A DNA stretch of 64,000 nucleotides, taken from NCBI RefSeq assembly GCF_009914755.1, contig NC_060947.1; one strand, given 5' to 3'. A model generated the notes under the pieces. The model ran no database searches. It saw only the letters and a list, made by a program, of their open reading frames with translations, and was not told the DNA's origin. This stretch comes from the human T2T-CHM13v2.0 reference genome, Homo sapiens. The position numbers were made by a program, and so were the translations under genes. Positions 1 through 15,925 of this stretch are shown in pieces; the stretch's first letter is position 1, and every line of letters begins with the position of its first letter.

Positions 1-431
1 CAAGAGTCAGCCTGCCTGGACACACTAACACTAGTGGCAGCATATGCTCCCATGGAGCCCAAGGACAGGCATGCTTAGCCCACCACTGCCACCATGAAAC
101 GTTCTGTAAATGTTTGTTAGGTATATTTGTTACAAAGTGCGGTTTAAATCCAATATTTCTTTGTTGGTTTTTCTCTCTGGATGATCTGTCCAATGCTAAG
201 AATATGGCATTGAATTTTCCTCCTATTTATTGTGTTGGAGTCTATTCCTCACTTTATGCCTAATAATATTTGCTTTATATATGTGGGAGCTCCAGTGTTG
301 TGTTTTGGGTTTGGATAGAAATTTCATTAAACCTGTGTATTAATTTGAGATAATTACCTTTTTAAAAAAACTATAATAGGCCCTCCAAAACTTGAATATA
401 GTATAGCTCCACTAATTTAGGTCTTCTTTGA

Positions 432-839
<408 letters not shown>

Positions 840-1402
840 AGGGTTGTACTTTTAATTTCCGTTTCCACATGGTCGTTGCTTTTATATAGAAATATAATTG
901 AGTTCTGTATGTTTATCTTGTAATCTGTGATTTTGCTAAACTCACTAATGTGTACTAGGAGATATTTTGGTAGCTATTTTGGGATTTTCTATGTAGATTA
1001 TCATGTCCTCTGCAAATTTGGACAGCTTTATGTCTTCCTTTTCAATCTGTATGTCTCTTATTTCTTTTTCTTGCCTATTGCACAGCTAGAACTTCCAGTA
1101 CAATGTTGAATAGAAGTGGTATGAGAAGACATCTTTGCTTTGTTCCATATCTTAGGGAAAAGCATTCAGTCTTTTACCATTTTTTGTAATGTTAGTTGTA
1201 TGTTCGTTTTTAGATGCTCTTTGTGAAATTAAGAAAATATCCATCTATTACTATTTTTTCTGAGAGCTTAAAAATTCTCATTCATAGGTATTCAATTTTA
1301 TCAAGTGCTTTTCTGCATCACTTGATATGATTATATGGTTTTTCTTTCACTTTAGTCTGTTGACATGGTAGATTCCACTGATGGATTACAAATATGGAAC
1401 CA

Positions 1403-1676
1403 GGCCGGGTGTGGTGGCTCACGCCTGTAATCTCAGCACTTTGGGAGGCTGAGGCGGGTGGATCACTTGAGGTCAGGAGTTCGAGACCAGCCTGGCCAAT
1501 GTGGTGAAACCCTGTCTCTACTAAAAATACAAAAACTAGCCAGGCGTGGTGGCACACGCCTATAATCCTAGCTACTTAGGAGGCTGAGGCAGGAGAATCA
1601 TTTGAACCCGGAAGGTGGAGGTTGCGGCGAGCCAAGATCGCGCTACGGCTCAAAAAAAATAAAAAATAAAAAAAAG
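1403..1676 (+). mobile_element. AluS with a ~35 bp deletion near the 3' end
   Basis: Starts ggccgggtgtggtggctcacgcc. The sequence gatcgcgc runs almost directly into ctcaaaa. TSD tggaaccag at 1395-1403 and 1677-1685. Confidence 0.93.
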
Positions 1677-2061
1677 TGGAACCAGCCATATCGGCAATGC
1701 TTTAACTTTATTCCTCAAATTTTATTATGCTTTATTTTATTTTTTATTCAATTCAATTTTTTTGATATCCTTTTGAAATACTTCCTCTTTGACCCATGTA
1801 TCATTTTCAAAATGGGTTGTTTAGTTTCCAAGTGTTTGAAGATATTCTTGTTATTTTTTGATACTGATTTTTTCTTTTTTTAATTTAAAAAATTTTTGTG
1901 CGTACATAGGTATATATGTTTATGGAATACATGAGATGTTTTGATACAGGCATGCAATGTGAAATGAACACATCATGGAGAATGAGGTATTCATCCCCTC
2001 AAACATTTATCCTTTGAGTTACAAACAATCCAATTACACTCTTTAAAATGTACAATTAAGT

Positions 2062-2202
2062 TATTATTGACTATAGTCACCCTATAAATAGACGGAAAAA
2101 TAGTCTATTATTGACTATATTCACCCTATAAATAGTTAGATGGAAAAAATAGTCTAACTATCATTGACTATAGTCACCCTATAAACAGATGGAAAAATAG
2201 TC
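2062..2202. repeat. Three-copy ~45-50 bp tandem repeat inside the L1MA 3'UTR
   Basis: Unit tattattgactatagtcaccctataaatagacggaaaaatagtc starts at 2062, 2106 and 2159. Confidence 0.92.
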
Positions 2203-2662
2203 TTATTTTTTTTTGTCCCATTAACCATCCCTACTTCCCCTCCCAATCCCCCATTACCCTTCCCGGCCTCTGGTAACCATCCTACTCTCTATGTCGATGA
2301 GTTCAATTGTTTTGATATTTAGATCCTGCATATAAGTGAGAACATGTGATGTTTATGTTTTTGTGCCTGGCTTATTACACTTAACATAATGATCTCTAGT
2401 TCCAGCCATGTTGTTGCAAATGACTGGATCTCATTCTTTTTATGACTGAATAGTACTCCATTTTGTATGTGTACCACATTTTCTTTATCCATTCATCTGT
2501 ATAGATACTTAGGTTGCTTCCAAGTCTTAGCTATTGTACACAGTGCTCCAACAAACATAGGAGTGCAGATATCTCTTCCTTATACTGATTTCCTTTCTTT
2601 TGTGTACATACCCAGCAGTAGGATTGCTGGATCATATGTTGGCTCTATTTTTAGTTTTTTGA

Positions 2663-3097
<435 letters not shown>

Positions 3098-3603
3098 CAC
3101 AAGCCATTTTAAATAGGGTGAGATGATATCTCATTGTAGTTTTGATTTGTATTTCTCTGATGATGAATGATGTTGAGCATCTTTTCATATACTTGTTTGC
3201 CATGTATATGTCTTCTTTTGAGAAATGTCTATTCAAATATTTTGCCCAATTTTGATCAAATTTTTAGTTTTTTTCCTGCATCAATTGATATGATTATATG
3301 ATTTTTCTTGTTTAGTCTGTTGACGTGGTGGGTTCCATTGATGAAAGAGTTGTTTGAACTCTTTATATATTGTGATTATTTAATCTCTTGTCAGATGGGT
3401 AATTTACAAATAATTTTCTCCCATTCTGTGAATTGTCTCTTCACTTTGTTGATCATTTCCCTTGCTGTACAGAAGCTTTTTAACTTGATGTGATCCTATT
3501 TTTGCTTTGGTTGCCTGTACTTATTGGGTATTATTCAAGAAAATTTTTACCAGACCAATGTGCTTGAGATTTTCCCCAGTGTTTTATTGTAGTAGTTTCA
3601 TAG

Positions 3604-3990
<387 letters not shown>

Positions 3991-4170
3991 TGAGGTCTTA
4001 GATTTAGAATTTAATGCATTTTGATTTGTTTTTTGTATATGGTGAGAGATTGGGGCCCAGTTTCATTCTTCTTCATATGGATATCCAGTTTTCCCAGCAC
4101 CATTTATTGAAGAGACTGTCTTCCCCCCAGTGTATGTTTTTGGCACCTTTGTAAAAAATGAGTTCACTTA

Positions 4171-4547
<377 letters not shown>

Positions 4548-5393
4548 CTAGTACCATGCTGTTTTGGTTACTAAAGCTCTGTAGTATAATTTGAAGTCAG
4601 GTAATGGGATTCCTTCAATTTTGTGTTTATTTTGCTAAGGATAACATTGGCTATTCTGTGTCTTCTGTGGTTCCATATAAATTTAAGGATTTTTTTTTCT
4701 ATTTCTGTGAAGAATGTCATTGGTATTCTGATAGAGATTGCATTGAATCTGTAGATTGCTTAGGGTTATATGGACATTTTAATAAAACTGAATCTTCCAA
4801 TTCATGAACATGGAATATTTTTCAATTTTTGGTGTCCTCTTCAATTTCTTTTAACAGTGTTTTATAGTTTCCATTATAGATATCTTTCACTTCTTTGGTT
4901 AATTCCTAGGTATTTAATTTTATTTGTGGCTATTGTAGATGGGATTACTTTTTTTCATTTCTTTTTCACATTGTTCACTGTTGTCATATAGAAATGCTAC
5001 TGATTTTTGTATGTTGATTTCGAAACCTGCTACTTTTCTGAATTTACCAGTTCTAATAGAGTTTTCTTGTGGAGTCTTTAGGTTTTTCCAACTATAAAAC
5101 CATATCTCCTACAATGAAGAATAATTTGATGTCTTCCTTTCCAATTACAATGCCCTTTATTTCTTTCTCTTGTTTGATTGCCCTAGCTAAGACTTCCAGT
5201 ATTATGTTGAATAACAGTGATGCAAGTGGGTATGCTTGCTGTGTTCCAGATCTCGCAGGAAAGGCTTTCAGTTTTTCCCCATTCAGTATGATACTAGCTG
5301 TGGGTCTTTTGTATATGGCTTTTATTATGTTGAGGTATGTTCCTTCTATACCCAATTTTGTAGAGTTTTTATCATGAAAAGATGTTGAATTTT

Positions 5394-5689
5394 GCCTGGG
5401 CGCAGTGGCTCATGCCTGTAATCCTAGCACTTTGGGAGGCTGAGGCAGGTGGATCGCTTGAGCCCAGAAGTTGGAAACCAGCCTGGGCCACATGGCAAAA
5501 CCCTGTCTCTACAAAAAGTACAAAAATTAGCCAGGCATGTGGCAGGTGCCTGTAGTCCCAACTACTTGGGAGGTTCAGGTGGGAGGATCACCTGAGCCCA
5601 GGAGGTTGAGGCTGTGATGATTCGTGATCATGCCACACCACTCCAGGCTGGGTGACACAGTGAAACCCTGTCTCAAAAAAAAAAAAACA
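5394..5689 (+). mobile_element. AluJ-like
   Basis: Diverged dimer (gatcgcttgagcccag). TSD aaaagatgttgaatttt. Confidence 0.92.
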
Positions 5690-8600
5690 AAAAGATGTTG
5701 AATTTTATCAAATGGTTTCTAAACATCGATTGAAATGATTATGTGGTTTTGTTCTTCATGCTGTTGATATGATGTATCAGAGTAGTTGATTTGCATATGT
5801 TGAACCATCCTTGTGTCCCTCGGATGAGTGTCACTTGGTCATGATGAATGATCTTTTTAATGCGTTGTTGAATTTGGTTTGTTAGTACGTTGAGGATTTT
5901 TGCATCAATATTAATCAGTGATATTGTCCTATAGTGTTTTTTTCTATTTTTGATGTGTTTTTGTCTGGTTTTAAGATCAGGATAATACTAGCTTAATAGA
6001 ATGAGTTTGGAAGTATTTTCTCCTCCTCTATTTTTTGGAATAGTTTGAGTAGTATTGGTGTTAGCTTTTCTTTAAATGTTTGGTAGAATTCAGCAGTGAA
6101 GCCTTCAGGTTCTGGGCTTTTCTTTGCTGGGAGACTTTTTATCACAGCTTCTACCTTGTTACTTGTTATTGGTCTGTTCAGGTTTTGGATTTCTTCTTGT
6201 TTCAATTTTGGTAGTTTCTATGTGTCTATGAAGTAATAATTTCTTCTAGATTTTCCAGTTTATTCACATATAGTTGTACACAGTGGTCACTAATGATCCT
6301 TTGAATTTCTGTGGTATCAGTTGTAATATCTCCTTTTTCATCTCTGATTTTATTTATTTGGGTCCTTTTTTTTTTAGACTAGCTAAAGGTTTGTCAATTT
6401 TTATCTTCTCCCAACTTTTTGTTTCATTGAACTTTTATATTGTTTTCATTTCATATTTATTTATTTCTGCTCTGGTCCTTATCATTTCTTTTCTTCTACT
6501 AATTTTGTGTTTGGTTTTCTCTTGCTTTTCTAGTTATTTAAGATGCATCAGTAAGTTGTTTAAGTTTTTCTTCTTTTTTCATGTAAGCACTTATAGCTAT
6601 AAACTTCCCCTCTTAGCACGGCTTTTGCTCTATCCCAAAGGTTTTTGTATGTTGTGTTTCCATTATCTTTTGTTTCAAGAAATTCATCAATTTTCTTCTT
6701 AATTTCCTCATTTACCCAGTGGTCATTCAGGAGCATATTGTTTAATTTTCATGTCTTTATATAGTTTCCAAAATTCCCCTTTTTATTGATTTCTAGTTTT
6801 ATTCCATTGTGGTCAGAGAAGATGCTTGATATTATTTCAACTTTTTGAATGTTTTAAGACTTGTTTTTTGACCTAACATAACATATGGTCTATCCTTGAG
6901 AAAGATCCATGTGTTGAGGAAAAGAATGTGTACTCTGCAGTCACTGGATGAAATGTTCCATAAATATTTTTAGGTCCATTTATTCTATACTGTAGATTAA
7001 GTCTGATTTTTTTTGGTTGATTTTCTCTCTGCAAGATTTGTCCAGTGCTAAAAGTGGGATGTTGAAATCTACAGCTATTATTGTATTGGAGTCTATCTGT
7101 CTTTTTTAGCTCTAATAGTATTTGCTTTATATATCTGAATGCTCCAGTGTTGAGTGCCTATATATTTAAAATTGTTATATCCTCTTGCTGAATTGACACC
7201 TTTATCATTACATAGTGACCTTCTTTGTCTCTTCTTATAGTTTTCTGTCTTGAAATCTATTTTGTCTGATACAATTATAGCTACTCCTACTCCTTTTTGG
7301 TTTCTGTTGAGATGGAATATCTTTTCCCATCCATTTGTTTTCAGCCTATGTGTGTCTTTATAGGTGAAGCATGTTTCTTGTCAGCAACAGATCATTGGGC
7401 CTTTTTTTTTTTTTAAAAAAAAATCTATTCAGCCACTCTGTCTTTGGATTGAAGCATTTAGTGAATTTACACTCAGTGTTATTGATAAGTAAGTATTTAC
7501 TCCTGCCATTTTGTTACTGGTTTTTTGGTTGTTTTGTGGTGTTCTTTCCTTCCTTCCTGTCTTCTTTTTAGTAAAGGTGATTTTCTCTGGTGGGATGATT
7601 TAATTTCTTGCTTTTTATTTTTTGTGTATACATTGTATGTTTTTTGATTTGAGGTTACCACAAGGCTTGTAAATATACTACCTTATTAACCCATTATTTT
7701 AAGCTGATAACAACTTAACACTGTTTGCCTAATTAAACAAACAAGCAATTGAAATGAAAACTAATAAAAACTCTACACTTTAACTTTGTCTCCCTGCTTT
7801 ATAACCTTTTGTTTCTATTTATAGCTTGTACTATGTCTTGAAAAGTTGTTCTAGTTATTATTTTTGATTGGTTCATTATTTAGTCATTTTACTTACGATA
7901 AGAGTAGTTCACACACCACAGTTACAATGTTATAATATTCTGTGTTTTTCTGTGTACTTACTATTAGCAGTGAGTTTTGTAGCTTCAGATAATTTCTTAT
8001 TGCTCATTAGTGTGTTTTTCTTTCTGACTGAAGTACTCCCTTTAGCATGTCTTGTAGGACAGGTTTGGTGTTGATGAAATCCCTCAGCTTTTGTTTGTCT
8101 GGGAAAGTGTTTATTTGTTCTTCATGTTTGAAGGATTTTTTTTTTTCCGCTGGATATGCTATTGTAGGGTAAAAGTGTTTTTTGTTTGTTTGTTTTTCCT
8201 TCAGCATTTTAAATAATTGTGCCACTCTCTCCTGGCCTGGAAGGTTTCCACTGAAAAGTCTACTGCTAGACATATGGGAGCTCCATTGTATGTTCTTTGT
8301 TTCTTTTCTTTTGCTGCTTTTAGAATCCTTTCTTTATCCTTTGGGAGTTTGGTTATTAAATGTTGTGAGGTTGTCTTTTTTAGGTTAAATCTGCATGGCG
8401 TTCTATTCCCTTCTAGTACTTGGTATTGATATATTTCTCTAGGTTTGGGAAGTTCTCTGTTATCCCTTTGAATTAACTTTCTACTCCTATTTCTTTCTCT
8501 ACCTCTTCTTTAAGGCCAATAACTCTTAGATTTGCCCTTTTGAGGTTATTTTCTAGATCCCGTAGGTGGGCTTCATTGTTTTTTATTCCTTTTTCTTTTG

Positions 8601-11139
8601 TCTCCTCTGTGTATTTTCAAATAGCCTGTTCTCAAACTTACTAATTATTTTTTCTGCTCGATCAATTCTGCTATGACTGTGATGCATTCTTCAATATGCC
8701 ACTTGGATTTTTCAACTCTAGAATTTCCACTTAATTTTTCAAAACTATGTCAATCTCTTTGTTAAATTTATCTAATAGAATTCTGAATTCCTTCTCTGTG
8801 TTATCTGGAGTTTGAGTTTGCTCCAAACAGCTGTTTTGGATTCTCTGTCCGAGGGGTCTGATATCCAGCATTGGTGCCTGGTGTCTTATTTAGTTCATCT
8901 GGTAAGCTAAATGATCTAATGAACCCTGGTGATTTATTTAGTTCATTTGGTGAGGTCATGTTTTCCTGGATGGCCTTCATACTTGTATATGTTCATCTGT
9001 GTCTGGACATTGAAGAGTTAGGCATTTATTGTAGTCTTCACAGTCTGGACTTGTTTGTACCCATCTTTCTTGGGAAGGCTTTCCAGATATTTAAAAGAAG
9101 TTAGGTGTGATCTAAGTTGTATCTGCTTTAAAAGGCACCCAAGCACAGTAACGCTGTGGTTCCTGCAAACTCATAAAGGTAGCCCCTTGATGGCCTTGAA
9201 CAATATTCTGAGGAATTCTCTGGATTAGTAGGCAGAGAGTCTTGTTCTCTTCCCTTACTTTCTCCTAAACAAACAAAATCTCTCTCTGTTCTGAACCACC
9301 TAGAGCTGGGGATAAAGTGACAGAAGCACCCCTATAGCCACCACCAGTAGGACTGTGCTGTGTCAGACTTGAGAGTCCTGGGTCTCGCCCGAGGTTTACT
9401 GTAAACACTCTCTGGCTACTGCCAATGTTCGATCAAAGCCCTGGGGGCTCTACAATCAGCAGGTGGCAAAGCCACCCAGGCTTGTGTCCTTCTCTTTAGG
9501 GTAGTGAGTTACCCCAGGCTCTGGGCAGGTCCATTGTTGCCACTGGGGAGCCAGGGACTGGAGTCAAAAATCTTAGAAGTCTACCTGGTTGACTTCTAAG
9601 ATTTGAGCTGGCACTCAAACCACGAGACACAGTCCTTCTCACTCTTCCCTCTCCTTTCCAAATGCAGAGTAGGCTTATCCCATAGCCACTGTCACCATAG
9701 GCCCATTGAAAGTACTGCCAGACTACTGCCTATGTTCCCTTATGGCCCAAGGTCTCTTAAGTCAGTTTGTGGTAAATGCTTCCTGGCCTGGGACTCACCC
9801 TGCCCTCCCCTCTGGCAAAGGGCAGGTCCAGAAATGCCGTCCAAGAGTCACGTCCTGGAATTGAAAACCCCAAGAGCCTGCTTGGTACTCTGCCTCCCTG
9901 CGGTGGAGCTGGTATCTAAGGTGCAAGACAAAGTCCCCTTTACTTTTCCCTCCATTTTTCTCAAGAGGATCCTTGCCCCATAGCCACTACAGCTGGTAAT
10001 GTGCTGAGTCTCAACTGAAGCCAGCAAGTCTCAGAGTCTCACCCAAGGCCACTGACATAGTATCTGGGCATCACTGCTGGTTATTCAGGGCCTGAGGGCT
10101 CTTCCATTAGCAGGTGATTAATGGTGCCAGGACTGGGTCCTTCTCTTCAAGGCAGTGGCTTCCTTTCTGGCCCAGGGTGTGTCTAGAATTGTTGTCTGGG
10201 AGCTGGGGCCTGGAAAGGGGGCCTCACAACTCTGACGTATGCCTTATCTTGTGTGGCTGATCTGGTTTCCAAGATGCAAAGTAAAGTCCTCCCCATTCTT
10301 CTGTCTCCTCTCCTCAAATGGAAGGAAGGCATCTTTTTTGGGGCTGCAAGCTGTGCAGCCTGGGGTGAGGGGAGGGGTGATGCCAGCACTCCCTTAGCCA
10401 CCCAGGCTGGCATCATAGTAGGTCCTGTGCCCCCCCGCCCCAATCCCGTGGCCTTGGGCCCAGTTTAGCACTTGGACTTGCCTAGGTGTTGCAGTCCTTG
10501 TGGCCTAGACTGCCTTTCAAGTTTATTTGTAGCCCCAGAACACTTTAGCCATGGTGGCTAGGCTTGCAGGAACTCAAATTCTGACTCCTGGGATCATTGA
10601 TTCCCTCTGACTAGGGCTGGTTTAAATGCAACCTCTATGGGTGGGCATCAGCTGAGTTTGGTCTGGTTTTGCTTTCTGCTATAATAGGGTAGCATTGAGT
10701 TCAATGCTTCACAATTGCTGCACTCTCCCTGCCGCCAGCACACAGGAATGCTTTCTACACCCCGCTGCCACTGCTGGGGGGATGGTGGAGGGGTGGTGTT
10801 GGTGCTTCAGGACTGTTTTTGCTACCTTTTCAGTGCCTGTTTCAGCAATATGAAATTAAAACCAGGTACTGTAAGTGCTTACCTGATGTTTTGTTCTTAT
10901 GAAGGTATTCTGTTGTGTGTAGTTAGTTGTTAAATTGGTGTTCTTGCAGGGGGGACAATTGGTGGAGCCTTTTATTCTACTATCTTGCTCCACCCCCTTA
11001 CTATAATTATTGCTATATTAGGTAATAAGTTCATCACCTAATTTTTAATTTTCTATTTATTTCCTCTGTTTTCTTTTTCTCTGCCTTCCTCTGTCAACAA
11101 ATTCTCTTAGTTTTCCTTTATCTGAAACAGATTTTCTCT

Positions 11140-12280
11140 GAGGAGGAGTATTTAGGAAAGCGCAAAGTCAAGAGGAGTGACAAAAACAAGGGTCACTTGA
11201 GGTATTTGAAGCCACTGGCACCAATAGCTACAGCACACATAAAAGAACCCAACTCCTAACCAGACTAACAAATTCTTATACTAAAGGTATTTTACTTTAG
11301 CTTGTATAACTTGATACCATATATTTGTCTTTTAACAAAAAAATTAGAAGGCACATCAAAAAGCAAGCAAAAGCAGTCTCAAAGGACCAAGCAAGTATCA
11401 GAACCAAACTCAGATATGATACAGATATTGGAATTTCAGACAGGACCTTAAAATATTTATGATTAATATATTGAGGGCTATAATGGAAAAATTAGAAAAC
11501 ATGAAATTAATAATATAAGTAGATTGGTAATATAAGTAGAGACATATAAATTCTTCAAAGGGATGAAAATGAAATACTAAGAATCTAACAGAAATAGATA
11601 GGCTCATCAGTAAATTCATTATGGCTGGGTTATTGAACTCAGTGAGTTTGAAGAGATGTCAATAGGTAATTCTAATATAAATCGCAAGATATAAAAGGAT
11701 TTTTAAAAACTCAGAACATTGAATAACTATAGACTACTTCAAAAAGATGTAGCATGAACATAATTGGAATATGAGGAGAAGAAAGAGAATGGGGCAGAAT
11801 AAATATTTGAAGTAACAATGGCTGAGAAATTTCCAAAGTTAATGATAGGCACCAAACCAGAGATCTGTAATTCTCAGAGAATAGCAAACAGAATAAATAC
11901 CAAAAGTTAACCAAGGATATGTCATATTCAAACTGAAGGAAACTAAATACAAGGAGAAAATCTCAAACCAGAGGATAATAAAAATCGTTTCTATAGGGAA
12001 CAAGAATAAAAGTTACAGTAGACTTCTTGTCAGAAATAATGCCGGCAAGAAGAGTATGGAGTGAAATATTTAAAGTACTGAGATTCAAAACTCACCAACC
12101 TAAAATTTTATATCCAGTGAAATTATCCTCCCAAAGTGAAGAAGATATAGTTTCTCAGAGACAGAGGAATACAGAAATTTATCAGCAGCAGACATACCCT
12201 TCAAGAAATGTTAAAATATTTTCTTTAGGGAGAAGGAAAATGATATAAATCTGAATCTTGAGTCTACATATACAGGAAAT
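11140..12280 (+). mobile_element. Old L1M 5'/ORF1 fragment
   Basis: ORF 12027-12248 (ARRVWSEIFKVL..QPKILYPVKLS) resembles the L1 ORF1p C-terminal region. Confidence 0.75.
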
Positions 12281-12299
12281 TATCTATCTATCTATCTAT

Positions 12300-13619
<1,320 letters not shown>

Positions 13620-13620
<1 letters not shown>

Positions 13621-14245
13621 TCACATGTAAAATGGTACAGCCATTTTAGAAAACAGTCTGGCAGTTCTCCAAAAAGAGGTACCATAAGTCCCAGCAACAC
13701 CACTACTAGGTATAAGCCCAAGAAAAATAAAAACATATGTCCAGACAATAATTTGTACACCAATGTTTGTAGCAGCATTATTCATTGTAGCTAAAAAGTG
13801 AAACAATTTAGTCTGTCAACTGATGAATGGACAAACCAAATGTGGTATATCCATACAATGGAATATTATTCAGCAATAATAGGAAATGATGTATTGATCA
13901 TGCTACAACATGGATAAACCTTGATACATTAAGCTAAGTGAAAGAAGGCAGTCACAGAGGACTAAATATTATATGATTCTATTCATATGAAATGCCCAGA
14001 ATAGGTAAATATATAGGAACATAAAATAGATTCATAGCTGTTTAGAACTGGGGGGTGAGTTGGGGGCATATGAGAAATGACTGCTAATGGGTAAGGAGTT
14101 TCTTTTGGGGCTAATGGAAATGTTTTAAAATTGATTGTGATGGTGGTTGCACAATCCTGGAAATATACTAAAAGCCATTAATGTGTGTACTTTAAATGGG
14201 TGTATTATATGCTATGTGATTTATATTTCAATAAGGGTTTACAAA
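13620..14245 (+). mobile_element. L1MB/ME-type 3' end
   Basis: aaatggtacagccatttt, tgatgaatggacaaac, ctaagtgaaagaaggcagtcaca. Confidence 0.8.
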
Positions 14246-14449
14246 TAAGAAAAGAAAACCCAGAGAACTTAACACGCTGTATTTCCTCAGGTTCCAACAT
14301 CTCTAGCCAGTATGCTTTTTCTCTCCCCTTTCAGAGCCTTCTTATCTTTGTTTTATGTATAATATCTAGGATTTTTAGTGGGATGACCAGAGAAAATTGC
14401 ATTTAATTCATCTTGTCCTGTTAGCAGAAGTCATTTGTTTTCAAAATTA

Positions 14450-15285
14450 CCTTTTAACTTTTAAAATTAGCTTATTATAAATTTTTTGTTTATTGTCCTA
14501 TAAACTTTAACACATATGTAGATTGGTTAACAGATATATGTTAATCCTGGTTATCACAACCAGGATACAGAACAGTACTATTAACCCCAAAACTGCCGTG
14601 TTTTATTTCTTTGTAGTCATGCCCTTTCCTCATTTCTAAATTCTGACAACCACTGGTCTGTTTTCTGTTACTATATAAATGGAATTATAAAAAGAATAAG
14701 TGATTTTTGAGAATAGCTTCGTTTATTCAGTGTAGTGCCTTTGAGATTCATTGAAGTTGGTTTGTGTATCAATAATTTGTTTTTTTCTTCTGGATTAGTA
14801 TTCCATTATATGGATATACATACCACAGGTTGTCTATACATTCGGTCATTAAAGGATATTGGGTTGTTTCCATTTTTGATGATTATGAATGGACTTCTTA
14901 AAACATTTGTGTACAGGCTTTTTATGTACATAGTTTTAATTTCTCTAGGGTAAATACTTGGTATGGGATTTCTGGGTCGTATGTTAAGTATATGTTTAAG
15001 TTTATAAGGAACTGCCAAACTGTGTTCCAGAGCAGTTCTACCATTTTGCATATCTGTCAGCAAGGTTTGAGAATTCTAGTTCTCCTGCATCCTCACCAGC
15101 ACTCGATATTGTTATATTTTTAAATTTTAGGTATTGTCATAGTATATGTCAGTAGTTATTGTACTTTTAGCTTTTATTTCCATAATGGCTAATTATGGTG
15201 AATATCTTTTCATGTGCTTATTTGCCACACTATAGCCTTTGTGGTCAAGTGTCTGCTTGGGTCTTTTGCCCATCTTTAAACTGGG
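14450..15285 (-). mobile_element. Old L1 (MC/MD-like) 3' end
   Basis: ORF 14806-15063 resembles the ORF2 C-terminus, with antisense 3'UTR wording. Confidence 0.75.
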
Positions 15286-15289
15286 CATG

Positions 15290-15925
15290 ATTTAAACCTC
15301 CATGATACCTGCCTGCTGGTATCATGGAGGAGGTGCTTTAGAGTTTGTAAGTCTGTCCACCACAATTATACCTTTGAATAATCTATCCCCACTTTTTAGT
15401 GCAAACAGGACCCATAACTTGTGTCTAACTAGTAGAATATGACAACAGTGATGGGATGTCACTCCCACCATTAGGTTATATTACATAAAACTCTTGTCTT
15501 GCTGGATGGAGACTCTAGAGACTTTTCTTGGCTTGATGAAATAGGTGGCCATGTTGGAATAGGCTGTGTAACAAGATACTTCAGGTAGTCTCTGCAGGTG
15601 GCTTTTAGGAACTGTGGGAGACCTCTTGTTGCTAACAGCCGAGAGCTAGCAAGAAGCCAGGGCCCTCAGTCCTACTGACACAAGAAAACAAAGTCTGCCT
15701 ACAATCTTAGCAAACTTTGAGGTGGATTCTTCCCCAGTCATGCCTCCAGATGATAAGGCAGGTTGGCTGACATCTTGATTTCAGTGTTGTTAAATCCTAA
15801 GCAGAGGACTCAGATAAACTGTTCCTGGAATCCTGACCTATAGAAATTGTAAGATAATAAGTGTGTAGTATTTTAAGCTGCTAATTTTGTGGTAATTAAT
15901 TTGCTATGCAGCAATAATAAAATAT
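15290..15925 (+). mobile_element. MaLR solo LTR (MLT1E-like)
   Basis: gatgggatgtcactccc, gccctcagtcct, and the MLT1-like end ttttaagctgctaattttgtggtaatt...gctatgcagcaata. Confidence 0.75.

Noticed and set aside
2062-2202. CRISPR-like array
   Set aside because: The units are contiguous tandem copies without unique spacers, in primate DNA with no cas genes.
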